Positions 1 through 11,375 are shown, counted from the first letter of the whole stretch. The stretch: 61,906 bases of DNA, filler included, from Sphacelaria rigidula (GCA_964200075.2; 10 parts of 10 records of this genome joined end to end with filler, not necessarily neighbours in it), one strand, 5' to 3'. A program made the numbers and translations. Notes: generated from the sequence alone by a model not told the origin.

Positions 1-67
1 CAGACTTCCACCGCCTACTGGAAGCCGGTAAGGTTTTACGGGTATCTCACCACGAGACCCCAGGTGA

Positions 68-945
68 GGGGGGGGGTGTGGAGGCGGGGGAGGCATTTTG
101 ACCGCGGAGAAGTTCTTGGAGGTGGTAGCAGCCACCGATGCAGATTGGAAGACGTTGGATTGTGTTAGAATGAACCAAATTGGAAAGGGAGTCAAGCTTG
201 TACGTACGACTCCAGGGCGCCCTTCTTTCCACGACTTGGTGAAGGAGGTGCAACCAGAAGTGCTGGTAGGAGATGTGAGTAGGATTGCCTCAGTTGATAA
301 AGGTGCGGGCAAGTCGGAATCCGTAGACGGTGTCCGAGAATTGATCGAGTCGTTCCTCTCCTCAGTCTCGGCGACAACTCTGATCTTGGAGAGTACAGGT
401 GTAAAGGTGCACCCTCCGGGTTGGAAGGAGGGCGTGACTCCGTTGCTGAGAGGAGCCGGCTGCTGCACCAAGCAGGCATCCATCTCCGCCGTGCAGGTGG
501 GCGCCCCGTACCGAAAAAACGGACCTATGTGGTCGCTCCGCAGGCTGGTCGGCAGGGAGAAAAACCACTGCGTGCGTGGAGGCAGCGGGTGGAAGCGTAT
601 GCTGTTACATGCCCCCCGTTGGGTCAGCTACTGGGGCGGACTGGCACCTATTTCTTGGAGCCGACAAGGCAAGGCAAGGCTATTCACAGTTTCGAGGATC
701 CGATGCCCAGGTTAACTCGTCCTCGGCTGACGAGAGGGAAACCTCGGCGCGAGGAATTCACACCCCACAGGGCGGACGCAGGGGTATGGGAGGAAGCAGT
801 AGAGCTGGAAAGAGTCGACTTCGTGAGAGTCGCGACCACCCTCGACCACTACGAGACCCCACCCACGGTAAACCCCGACGCTATGCCAGATATTGCGGCT
901 AGTTTCGTTCATCCGTGGATGATGGGGGCGATTTTATCAAGCTTG
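68..945 (+). pseudogene. C5-cytosine DNA methyltransferase-like domain inside the Gypsy pol (catalytic PC motif absent; one frameshift at ~514-519)
   Basis: Motifs in the expected order: I GCGGGGG (74-94), II VVAATDAD...CVRMN, IV position PEVLVGDVS (no PC), VI LILEST, VIII ISAVQVGAPYRK/KRTYVVA, IX-like ELERVDFVRVATTLDHY, X-like SFVHPWMMGAILSSL. Confidence 0.65.
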
Positions 946-1199
946 GAAGCGGAAGGTTTGTTAAGCTTGACTCAAATTCGAAGGAAGGACGTAGATCTAA
1001 GTGCGCTAGCGGTGATATGGCCGCATGAGGATGAGTTGCCAGAGACTTGGGGAGCCGCCGTAACTCGCTCGTCGGTTCCCGAAGCGAAACATAAGTCGGA
1101 CCAGGACTCTGGTGGGGGGGAGGCTTCAGCTGAAGAGCTGATACCAGGTAAAGGTAACCCTAAAACCGTTCTCGAACAAACGAGGGCGATCCTGATGGA

Positions 1200-2640
1200 C
1201 AAACCACAACTCGTTTTATTACAAGAGCGGGACTTCTGTCTTGGATCAATCAAGGATAGGTTAAGAGAGGGGCCTAAGGATGAAGGAGCTGGTAAGAGGC
1301 GGGATGCGTACAATAAAAGATTATTCTCATGAGTCATCCTTCGATAGGGGGGGGAATATTTGGTTGCACGAAAAAAGAGGCTCATTAGTGTGTCAGACAT
1401 CCTTCCACACTTGCGTTGCGCTTGTATTNNNNNNNCTCGAAATTTCGAGCAAAAAATGGCCCAAAATACCCCCCCCCCCCTATCGTAGGATGACTCTCAT
1501 CTAGCACCTCCCCTAAGGAGCCAGCCAAGTTAGCTATCCCACGCAGCCTAGTGCCAGGGCTGCTGGCGTGGGTGCACATTACGCACAGGCGCGCCGGAGT
1601 AATGAGGACGACTGCAGTAGTCAACGCAAGGTACGAATGGCCTGGTCTTTTCGCCGATACTCGCAAATACGTGATGTCTTGTGGATGTCGCCGACGCAAG
1701 CGAACCAACAGTCACCCCCTAGCGATACGGCCCGCCCGATTCCTGCGGGAATGAGAGGTGTTAGAGATGAACATATCGGACATGAAGCAGGTTTCCTCCT
1801 CGGGCAACAGGTACTTGTTGATCATCGTGGATCGAGCAACAAAGTTTCTCTTTGCTTCCATATTGGCTGTTAAACTCACGGTACCCGTAGCGAAATATCT
1901 GCTGAAGGTCTTCTTGACGTTTGGGGTACCGTATTTTTTCCGGAGTGACGCTGGGGGGGAGTTCACGTCGGAGGTAGTGAACCATGTATGCCAGTGGTAG
2001 ATGAAGGTGAAGCTTGATCATGGTCCGGTAGAGCACCCTCGCGGTCAGGGCGCGGTAGAGAGGTACGGGGGATGGTTGCACGACGTTATACCCGAGCTCT
2101 GTAAGCAGTGGCCAGAAAGGTGGGATGAGTACGTAGACCCCGCTGTGTGGATTCACCGTACTACTCCCGATCCGGCATTGCCTGATAACTCGACTCCATT
2201 TAAGCTGCTTTTTGGGCGCGAGCCACGCACCTAAATAGACGCTGTGTCACCTGAAGCGGAGTCTCCACCGTTGAACAACACAGTGGAAAAACAGCGCCAA
2301 AACCTGAAGGAGGTTCACGAGCTGTTGACCCAACGCCACAAGCAAAGGGAAGAGGTAAGACCGGCTAGAAGTGCCGAGCTGAGTCGCCAGAAGGCGGGGT
2401 CGCGAGCTTAGGTAGGGGATCTGATGTTAGTGAAGGAGTCCGACAGCTCCCCTGTACACGCAGATGTGCCGACTAAACTAGTACACGACTCGTGGACGGG
2501 ACCATGGACGGTACAGCAAGTGGTGATACCCGGTCTCAGCCTTAAGGTCAGCATGCGGGGGCGCAAGGTACGAGAACGGACGGTGTCGGCAGCCAATGTA
2601 AAGAAATTTCATGTGCGCCCTAAACAGCTGCGACATCCGT
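1200..2640 (+). pseudogene. Retroviral-type integrase (Zn-finger, DDE core, C-terminal SH3-like region), disrupted
   Basis: ORF pieces 1551-1754, 1758-2000, 2001-2234 and 2424 onward are in one frame, separated by stops. The MITE at 1331-1496 interrupts the N-terminal part. Confidence 0.9.
1331..1496. mobile_element. MITE with GAG...CTC termini and 4-bp TSD (Sola-like), inserted in the Gypsy pol; internal N gap
   Basis: TIRs GAGTCATCCTTCGATAGGGGGGGG / CCCCCCCCTATCGTAGGATGACTC; TCAT on both flanks (1327-1330, 1497-1500). Confidence 0.85.
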
Positions 2641-3444
2641 TTCCGGACGGGTACTCTCAGTTAGCATGGGGGGTTGATTTGGGGTTGGTTGAGGAGATCG
2701 CATGCGTCCCGCAACTGTACACATTGACAGATAGGAAGGTGGTGCTGGGATCAGGATCGCCATGGGAGTGGGCCTATTGGGGGTTATTTCATGACGGAGC
2801 CGAATCTCACTGGCTTTTTGAGGAGGAAGTGTTAGACAGTTTCACTGGGTTTCAGCTGGACATGTTTCATGCTTTGTGGGAACTATATCACCCGCAAGCC
2901 AAACCACGCCCATCTGTTACGCCATCTCGAGCAGAAAGAGACTCTATTGCTCGGGATGAAGCTTTGCGACAGATTCCCCGATGGACTAATATCCGTAAAC
3001 GGTTTGTGGACAGCCAAGGTGAGCAGCAGGAGTTCGACGCGGTGGTGTTCGATTTCCGTCAGCCGTACTATCGTATCAAAAATAAGGATGGGGATTGGGA
3101 AGAGACGACGCCGTTAGAGGTGCGGAAATATGCGGTGAATGGCGAGGATACCGGAATAGTTTCGGGGTCTAACTGACGGAGAAAAGCGATCGTTTCTGCA
3201 CGGTGTGTAAGTTCCCTACGTGGCCTAACCCGGCAGAGCGGTCAGCAAGACAGCGGACCCCCCCTGGCGGGATATAATCGTTCTTGCGCGGTGTTGAAAT
3301 GCCCTACGCGGTCTGACCCGGCAGAACGGTTATCAAGATCGACGGCTACACCAAGACGACGAGTACTCGGGAAAAGGGACATGGTAACGCGGCGATCCAT
3401 CGGGTGAACCACGTTCAGTCCCAGGGTTTTTCAACGCTAGGACT

Positions 3445-3710
3445 GAGGAGGGGTGTTACGGATCGCGGCGTGGCGTGGTAGATAAGGGTAGTACGATGAT
3501 GGGCCGTCGATTTCAAAACGACACTACGCGCCTGGAGGGCTGATTGCGAGAACTGGCTAGTACCGCAATCAGGGGCGAGGATGATGTAATCCGTCAAGAG
3601 ACGGAATACATAAACATGCCTCTTTACATCTGGTTGGATCCGCTTTTTTCCGGGGATCGATTCAATCAGATGTCACCCTGGTGTTCACTTCTCTGAAGTG
3701 TGAGTCAACA
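3445..3710 (+). repeat. Polypurine tract and probable 3' LTR
   Basis: GAGGAGGGG is followed immediately by TGTTACG at 3454. A candidate inverted end GTCAACA lies at 3704-3710. The right boundary is uncertain because there is no 5' LTR to compare. Confidence 0.5.
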
Positions 3711-4288
3711 TCACCAAGAGAAAAAGAGAAATCAAATCGGCTCGAAGCTGTGATCAAGAAATATCCTGACGTTCGTCGTGTACCGTTCTGTGTTGGAGTT
3801 TCCCCACGTGCTGTGAGCTTACGATTGTTTCAGGAATAACGGTGAGACTGTAAAGATGTTTGATTCAAGCGGTGAGCAGGTGTAAGGGGGTCGACATAGT
3901 AGTCAGAGACGAACGATGTGCGCAAATAGATGGTGAAATGTGTTACTATATAGTAAAAGACATCATTACTTACATTACCAAAATGCCATTGTTGCTTCGC
4001 TCTAGTACTCGGCTTGCATAGGAGAGAAACACAATGTTTCCAACAGTTATGCACCACACTATTCTGTTCGTATCTCATCTTTCCTTGTTCAAAATCGAAA
4101 TTTCCTTGCTTGAGCGCTTTATGCCCGTCACAATGAACGACTACTTTCCAAGAAAACCATCCGTTGTTTCAGGATTTTACCCTGGGGTCTAATCCTAACC
4201 CTGTGAGGTTGTCACAAATCCCATCTGAGGGTGAGGGTGCCAGCGCTTTCCGTCGCTGGATCAGACCCCGTTTGGGACCGTCAGAAAA

Positions 4289-4731
4289 CACGGGATCTTA
4301 CAAATTGGGGATGGATCTTTTATTGGGGATGAGAAACCCGGAGAATTGAAATCTTCATATCCACAACGAATCTTCGGAATATGCTTCCATTTCTTCACCG
4401 ACTGATAGCTATTGACAACTGCTACACGCCATAGAAATATGGATTTCGATCACCGAAATGTTGAGGTCTTGGTTGAAAAAACAACTTCGGAACCATTTTG
4501 GCGTCTGTTCGAACATCCTGAATTCTCAAAAGTTGGTTTTTCACTTCTTAGGACCCTCACATTTCGATTATTGAAATCCAAATTCCTATGGCATGTAGCA
4601 GTTGTCAATAGTCATCAGTCGGTGAAAAAATGGAACCATATTTCGAAGATTTGGTGTAGATATGAAGATTTTGATTCTCCGGGTTTCTCATCCCCAATAA
4701 AAGATCCATCCCCAGTTTATAAGATCCCGTG
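4289..4731. mobile_element. Foldback MITE family A (CACGGGAT termini)
   Basis: Inverted arms of about 200 bp: CACGGGATCTTACAAATTGGGGATGG...CCATCCCCAGTTTATAAGATCCCGTG; homologous to four other copies in the window. Confidence 0.85.
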
Positions 4732-6102
4732 TTAGAAGGGATATTCAATCTATAGCTGATGCGGGTTCTAAATTTAGAGAAACGGCTCGGATTTTGCAAG
4801 CGCGTTGCACTATAGTAGTATTGATCCACAGCCTCACCGCGAAACCAGTTCTCAACACAGCCACAGCGGAAGTGGCCATACGAGACGTGATAGCTGGTTC
4901 AGACTACATGAAGCGCCTCGCATGGGCACTACTGGCGAAACAACCCCAAGCGTGGGACTAGCCCTTACCCCCGTTGTGTGTGTGTGTGCAGCTTTATTGT
5001 GGGGCATCCACTTTATCCAACTGACGACTGTACTGTAGTGGTGGTGCTGTACTCTGGTGATGATATATCTCAGCAGACTGCTGAATGATGCTGCGTTTCA
5101 AAGATCGCTGGTGTCTGTCGCCGCATTGGGTCGTTTCGCTGACGGCGGTCGTCGCCGGCGCAACAGTATGAAGTCTCTCTAAAGATACTCAACAAGAGGC
5201 GCTCGAAACCCCGATGACTAGTCCAAAGAAGTATATTTTTAGCATGCTTTGTTACGTGTTCCGTAGCGCTTAGACACAGGTCCTGCTCATAAGATGCCGC
5301 ACAATCGATGACGGTGGTTTTTCTGTTAGACTGCTCATCATCATGCTTGCCCTGCCGTGCAGGAACTTCTGGATTAGGGTTACATGGTCGAAACCGGTTG
5401 CGAATCCCGAGCCTTTTGGACAAAGCAAATGAAATTTCGATGGTCCGTTAAACCTCACCCAAATGTTGAACCTCAAAAACGAATCCAGAATCGTTTTAAT
5501 TTTGTGGATGCAGTTCATTAAAATCGAACTCTCTAGCTTTCACAGGTCTTGCGACTTCGGTGCAGTTTGTTACCGTGACCACCTCTGAGCAGACGGGCAT
5601 ACGTGCGGTAGAGCAACGAAAGGTAGCTATAATCCGTTTTGCCTGCCGTACTGTCGACAGCGTCGCGTGAACGCCACAAGACCCTTGCTGTCAGCGGTTG
5701 ATGGCGTGGGTCTCGAATGAAACGACATGCGGTTGATCGTAGGGCACTCTCGTCTCTCCTCCCAACTTGCAGTAACCCATGACCTCCTGACATCGGAATA
5801 ATTATTACTTGTGGGAAGCTACTTGTACTGTACCGAGCTGTTCACGCGACCAGCGTGTGCTGCAGAATACCTATGCGCCACGCTATCAACAGTTAGGTCA
5901 CCACCATAGGTATTTTTTTTCACTCCGCATGTCAAGAAGGTTTCTACCAGTGTTTGATCTCTCATACACCCCCCTCACTGGCCTGTAGCACGCCCTTCTG
6001 TTCGGTCATTCGGTTGGGGGAGGTCGGCGAAAATCAACGATAAATAACACCCCCTAAGTTCAAATTGGATCTATCTGTTATTGCCGCAGCACCGGCCTTG
6101 CT

Positions 6103-6202
6103 NNNNNNNNNNNNNNNNNNNNNNNNNNNNNNNNNNNNNNNNNNNNTTAATTAATTAANNNNNNNNNNNNNNNNNNNNNNNNNNNNNNNNNNNNNNNNNN
6201 NN
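6103..6202. other. Artificial contig linker N44-TTAATTAATTAA-N44 (also 12305-12404, 18506-18605, 24707-24806, 30908-31007, 37109-37208, 43309-43408, 49509-49608, 55708-55807)
   Basis: An identical 100-bp spacer with stops in all six frames, repeated every ~6.2 kb. Confidence 0.98.
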
Positions 6203-6248
6203 AAAAAGAGAGAGAGAAAAGAAAAAGAAAAAGAAGGAAAGGGAAAAA

Positions 6249-6289
<41 letters not shown>

Positions 6290-6465
6290 GGAGGGGGGAG
6301 TACAATAGACTGGAGAGTGTCGGCTGAGCAACCCAGTACACATAGAACAGATTTATGTCGAGACAGGTGTACACCCTCGCCGCTAGCCGGAGAAAATGCT
6401 TTGAGGTATTCTGCGGTAGGAATGCACTTTTTCCTCCAAACGTTTCCGAGGCTGCACACTGAGGA

Positions 6466-6904
6466 CAGCCGATCATCGAAATTGAGGATGGAGCTGTGCA
6501 TTGAGGATGAGAACCCGGAGGATTAAAATCTTCGTATCCACACCAGATCTTCGAAACATGGTTCCATTCCTTCATCTACTGGTAGCTATTGACAACTGCT
6601 ACACGCCCCACAAATATGGATTTCGATAACCGAAATGTTGGGGTCCTACCTGAAAAACCAATTTCGGGGAATTTCGGCGATCCGATCGGATCATCCAAGC
6701 TCCTCGATTTTTTTCTTCGCCTAGGACCCCAACATTTCGGTTATCGAAATCCATATTTGTAAAACGTGCAGCAGTTGTCGATAGCTACCACTGGGTGAAG
6801 GAATGGAACCATATTTCGAAGATTTAATGTGGATACGAAGATTTTTATCCTCCGGGTTCTCGTCCTCAATGAACAGCTCCATCCTCAATTTCGAGGATCG
6901 GCTC
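6466..6904. mobile_element. Foldback MITE family A (CAGCCGAT termini)
   Basis: CAGCCGATCATCGAAATTGAGGATGGAGC...GCTCCATCCTCAATTTCGAGGATCGGCTC, with long inverted arms. Confidence 0.85.
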
Positions 6905-7164
6905 TTTCAAGGCCCACATATTTGTTATCGAGAGGCTCCGACACTGCAGAGCCTCGGAAAAAAAGCGCGACCCTACCGTAGAACCATTCGTAGAAACCTC
7001 GTCTTGTTGAAATAACGCACCAAGACGTTCATAAAAGAGGGGGGTGATGTGGGTACCACCACATGGAAGGGAAATGTTCCCACAAGTGTCCGTCGAGGAA
7101 TGACTTTTCCCCAGAAGAAGATGGGTCTAGTAATTCGAATACTCTTTTTTCGAAGCACAGACAT

Positions 7165-7546
7165 CAGAGCTCGGAAATAGTTTGTCTGACTATTAACCAG
7201 TAAAATGGTGAATAATGGTTTGGTCATCGAGCGGCGCAGCCGCAAGATAAAAATCCCCTCTCGGCAGAGGGGGCCCCGCCGGAGGCACCCCCGGAGGGCC
7301 TCGCTGGAGGCGCCGTTCCGGAGGCATGTTTTGCGCGATCTGGCTTCACTAGAGCTAAAACATAAGCTAAACTTGGGTCAATTTTCAAGGGCTGTATGTG
7401 GCATACGTAGCCGGCAACGGCTTATAAAGCCGGTAACAGTATATGATGGTTTGAAACCATTATCGAAAATTTCCATATAAGCATTACCATTAGTACCACT
7501 ATTTTTCATAATGACCAGTTATAACTGGCACCATTTCCGAGCTCTA
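7165..7546. mobile_element. hAT-like MITE
   Basis: TIR (C/T)AGAGCTCGGAAAT; 8-bp flanks ACAGACAT / GCAGACAT match at 7 of 8 positions; second copy at 21298. Confidence 0.8.
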
Positions 7547-7695
7547 GCAGACATATTTCATACGTGAGCCTGACGGGAAACGTGCTCACAATGGTTGCCA
7601 ATCAATGCTTTTTGTCTTGTTGCTATTATTTCCTTTCTGGCATTTCCTACCACAAAGACTGGATCCTACAGAAGCGGTGTTAACGCTCCATTTAA

Positions 7696-8147
7696 CAGCC
7701 GATCCTCGACATTGAGGATGGAGCTGTGCATTGAGGATGAGAATCCGGAGGAGTAAAATCTTCGTATCCACACCTAATCTTCGAAAAATGGTTCTATTCC
7801 TTCACCTACTGGTAGCTATTGACAAGTACTACGCGTCATACAAATTTGGATTTCGATAACCGAAATGTTGGGGTCCTAGGTGAAAAACCAATTTCGGGGA
7901 ATGTCGGCGATCCGATCGAATTACCAAGATTCCCCCAAAACAATTCTTCATCTAGGAGCCCAACATTTCGGTTATCGAAATCCAAATTTGTAGGGCGTGT
8001 AGCAGATGCGAATAGGTACCAGTAGGTGAAGGAATGGAGCCATAATATTTCATATTTCGAAGATTTGGTGTGGAGCCGCGGAGATTTTATTTTTGCGGGT
8101 TCTCATTCTCAGCACAAGGCTCCACTCTCAATTTCGATGATCCGCTG
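7696..8147. mobile_element. Foldback MITE family A (CAGCCGAT termini)
   Basis: Same arms as 6466-6904. Confidence 0.85.
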
Positions 8148-8690
8148 TTATTTGGTAAGTCAGTGTCCGTCCGTGGACGAAGTATGGAGCACAAAATTAG
8201 CCTCTCGTGGAGAGTAGGTCAACTAGCAAGCTGCCTCCCTGGTGGTCACATCGAAAAAATATGTTCGTAGTAGTTTTGCACAACTGCAAAAAAGAGTGCA
8301 GGCTTCGGCGATGCATATACATACGCTGAAACGGACGGTCAGACTGGCAGCTTGATCACGACTTGGCAATTTTCTGTTTGTAGTTCCAGACGGTTACCGC
8401 GTTGTAGAACCATATTTTCTCCAAGACACGTTGAGCGCCCACTAAACGATGATCAACTCTTTCTCGCTGCACGTGCAGCCGCGAAGTAAGCAACTGTTAA
8501 CCACTCCACCCAAGCGACCCTGAAATACCTACCGGATCATCGGCCAATATGCGATGCTCTGGCTCTCATCGCGTCCTCAGAGGACGGCGGCGACAATAAA
8601 CAACATTATTTTGCGCCGTATACACACATACATGTGGACCACCTACGGCCCCCCCACCCCACCCCCTCGTCCTAAACACAAAATACACAG

Positions 8691-9527
8691 AACGCTGGGG
8701 CGTCTTTCGCTTCGGTACACGTCCCGGAACCTTTTGGAATAAACGCCGTCACCGCAACCGGAGATGGGTCTGATTCCGGACGCGGGGCACGCCCAAAGTC
8801 AGCTACCAAGTTTGTATACCGCGGAGGTTTCAAGATCCCGCGAGAATTAACCCCGATGCCGAGCGTCGACAGCCTAGGCAGCGCCCCATTCGCGTTGTCC
8901 GCACAGCAGTCAACATCGTCGACTGTCGCCGGCGCCGGCGCCGGAGCAGAGCAAACACCAGTCGACGCAACCGCCGCATTCTACTCCTCTCCCAGCGGCG
9001 GCGGCGGCGGTCGAGACCGGGGAAGCAGGTTAGGGGTGGGCGGAGGCGGCGTCGGTGGTGGTAGTAGAAGAGATACAGCAGGAATTACTCCAGGCTTGGC
9101 CGGGATCATGAGCAGTTCGCGGATGAGGGTTGGCAGTGTTAGTGATCGAGACGGCAGATACGGTGGGAGGGGAGGGGGGGGGCGCAGCGGTAGCAACGGC
9201 CGAAAGCCGAGGCCTAGTACTGCCGGGGCTACCGTAGGACGCAGAGATTCATCATCCTCAACTAGTGGCACTGAAGTTGGAAGGGGGAGGGACGAGGGAA
9301 CCTTACTCTCTAGCGCTGAGAGGACAGCGGCCGATTCGGCTCTTCGTACAGCACCGTCTCGTGAGAGAGGTCTTTCCTCGCGGGAGGTGGAGGGGATGGT
9401 CATGGTGGCGGCGGACGGTGGGTTGTTGTCGCTGGGCAGCGAGGGTGGGAGAGGGGACGGCGTGTCCGTTGTCAACTTGGACCCGGAAGCGCCGCGGACC
9501 AACAAGCCCACGGCGACCGGGGGTTGA
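8691..9527 (+). CDS. Probable terminal exon of an unknown Gly/Ser/Arg-rich low-complexity protein
   Basis: A CTAA branch-like site and ACACAG acceptor end at 8690; the frame is open and GC-rich for 837 nt to TGA. No family recognised. Confidence 0.55.
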   Translation, partial: NAGASFASVHVPEPFGINAVTATGDGSDSGRGARPKSATKFVYRGGFKIPRELTPMPSVDSLGSAPFALSAQQSTSSTVAGAGAGAEQTPVDATAAFYSSPSGGGGGRDRGSRLGVGGGGVGGGSRRDTAGITPGLAGIMSSSRMRVGSVSDRDGRYGGRGGGGRSGSNGRKPRPSTAGATVGRRDSSSSTSGTEVGRGRDEGTLLSSAERTAADSALRTAPSRERGLSSREVEGMVMVAADGGLLSLGSEGGRGDGVSVVNLDPEAPRTNKPTATGG

Positions 9528-10799
9528 CAGAACAGTCCTATGGTGTAAAGGGTAGTGATGTTGAGGGGAGATGTTGCAATAGCACCACTTACTGATTTCA
9601 TCAAAATGAGTGCGTAGTGTTTCGTTCACCACTCATCATCGAAAACGAAGCTTGTGGCGAACACGCCTCTTCTCCCAGAACTAACACCAGCACAAGTTTC
9701 TCACCACGTGCTTCGGTTCACACAGACGCCATAGTGCAAAAGCCCACAACAAAAATTCACCACATATGGAGAGGCGAAACCGCTTCATAGTCCGATGGGT
9801 TCGCTGTGCTCTGCGAAGTGCAACACTTGCACTCTTGCTCTTTGCGATCGAGATTCCAATGAGTCTGGCACTCAACCGTGTAGGGAACACAGGTGAGAGC
9901 CAACGCCAGCCGTGGAAGGCTTCATGCTGTGTGTAAAGAAGCAAATCTCACTGAAGTATGCCGCATATGGGTGTGACCTTACTCGTACCATCAAGTGAGT
10001 GCGTGCGTTGTGTGTTGCCGTCTCATCTGTTGTGAACGCCAGTGTGCGCCTTTCGGTATATGTGGGCGCAACAACAGCCAGGGTCACGCAGGAGAGAGGT
10101 CAACACACGAGGTCTTCTTTCTCCATTCTGTCTGAGCACTTGCACCGCCCTTCTGCGGTGCTTGCCTTCCCTTTTACCACGGGAAGGGTCCAGCGGTTCC
10201 TCTCCCTCGTCGACCGTAAAGTCGAAGCTTGTGTACCCACGGCATTTTCGCTCTCCACCTTTGGGTATGATGTAATCACGGATCGTGTGGCTACGCCAAG
10301 ATTCGAGCCCACGTCCCAACCGTTAGAAGTGTCCGAGGCCATCAACGTAGCCACTGGCGGGCCGGTTCCTTTAATCCAGCGCTCCAGTTACGTGACGAAC
10401 CGAAAACCAATAATCATAGCAGCACATTCAATATGCCAAGCAAGGAAGGAAACGGGAGGAAAAGGCGATAACATTGATATTCGTTCACCGAATGACAAAG
10501 CAGGACTCAAATCATAGACAAAAAAAAAGAAAAAAGCGTGAGGATGAGGGAAGGAACACCAGAAAGAAAAAGGCGGCCGACCCCGAATGATTCACATCTA
10601 CGAAAACGTCTGCAGTACCTGACCGCAGTAGGCGGTCATATATCGAAAATAATATAGCTGATAGGTATGACAATACTGCAAAACACGTGTACACCTTAGA
10701 ACGACAACAAAAAAATAAGGAAAAATGAAAAGAAGTCGCAATCGTCGCAAACTCCAAGTTTGACCCTCCTTTTTCTACACAGCACACAGCAGAGAGTCT

Positions 10800-10843
<44 letters not shown>

Positions 10844-11342
10844 ACACCCCCCCACCCACACACATCACCGAAAACATAACANNNNNNNNNNCCCTCCCCC
10901 CTGACCGCTCCCCCCCCCCCCCCCCCCCCCCCCCCCCGCCCGCGGCCCCCCCCCCCCCCCCCCCCCCCGTCCCCTGTCCTCTCCCTTCCCCCCACGAACG
11001 TTTGAATCTACGTCTGAACAGAATAATAAAATCGAATATATGTATTACCGAATCGCCCTACCACCAGAACGGCGACAGAATACATGGCTGACCAAGGCTT
11101 GTTTCCTATTCCGGAAATATATCTGGACAGCTGGACTGCTGGCCGAAAACAAATAACTGTTTCTTCCAGGACACTGCATGGTGACATATGGTTCCATCAA
11201 GCTCTATCCCCAACAGAGCCGTCGACGAACCAGCTGGGGCTATCCCTGGTCTTCTCCACTCTCCTTCATCACTCAATCCATCGCGAACCAGTACCGCAGA
11301 ACACCTTGTACACCACTCGTACGTTGTACATCAGCCCCCCCC

Positions 11343-11375
<33 letters not shown>

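Larger units (their letters stand above)
1..3710 (+). mobile_element. Degenerate Ty3/Gypsy LTR retrotransposon, 3' half (possible RNase H end, DNMT-like domain, integrase, chromo-like and Tudor-like tail, PPT, probable 3' LTR)
   Basis: The window starts with RLPPPT (compare LSRLPLPPT after RNase H in the second element). Also present: a degenerate integrase Zn-finger (WVHITH...YEWPGL...SCGCRRRK), the core (YLLIIVDRATKF, FGVP..FRSDAGGEF, HPRGQGAVER, TPFKLLFGREPR) and a WTGPW motif. There are several in-frame stops and a frameshift. Confidence 0.9.

Noticed and set aside
6147..6158. Regularly spaced TTAATTAATTAA as a CRISPR-like or biological periodic repeat
   Set aside because: It is flanked by exactly 44 N on each side and is an assembly linker.
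10100..10400. Minus-strand ORF as the terminal exon of a convergent gene
   Set aside because: No convincing acceptor or recognisable motif.
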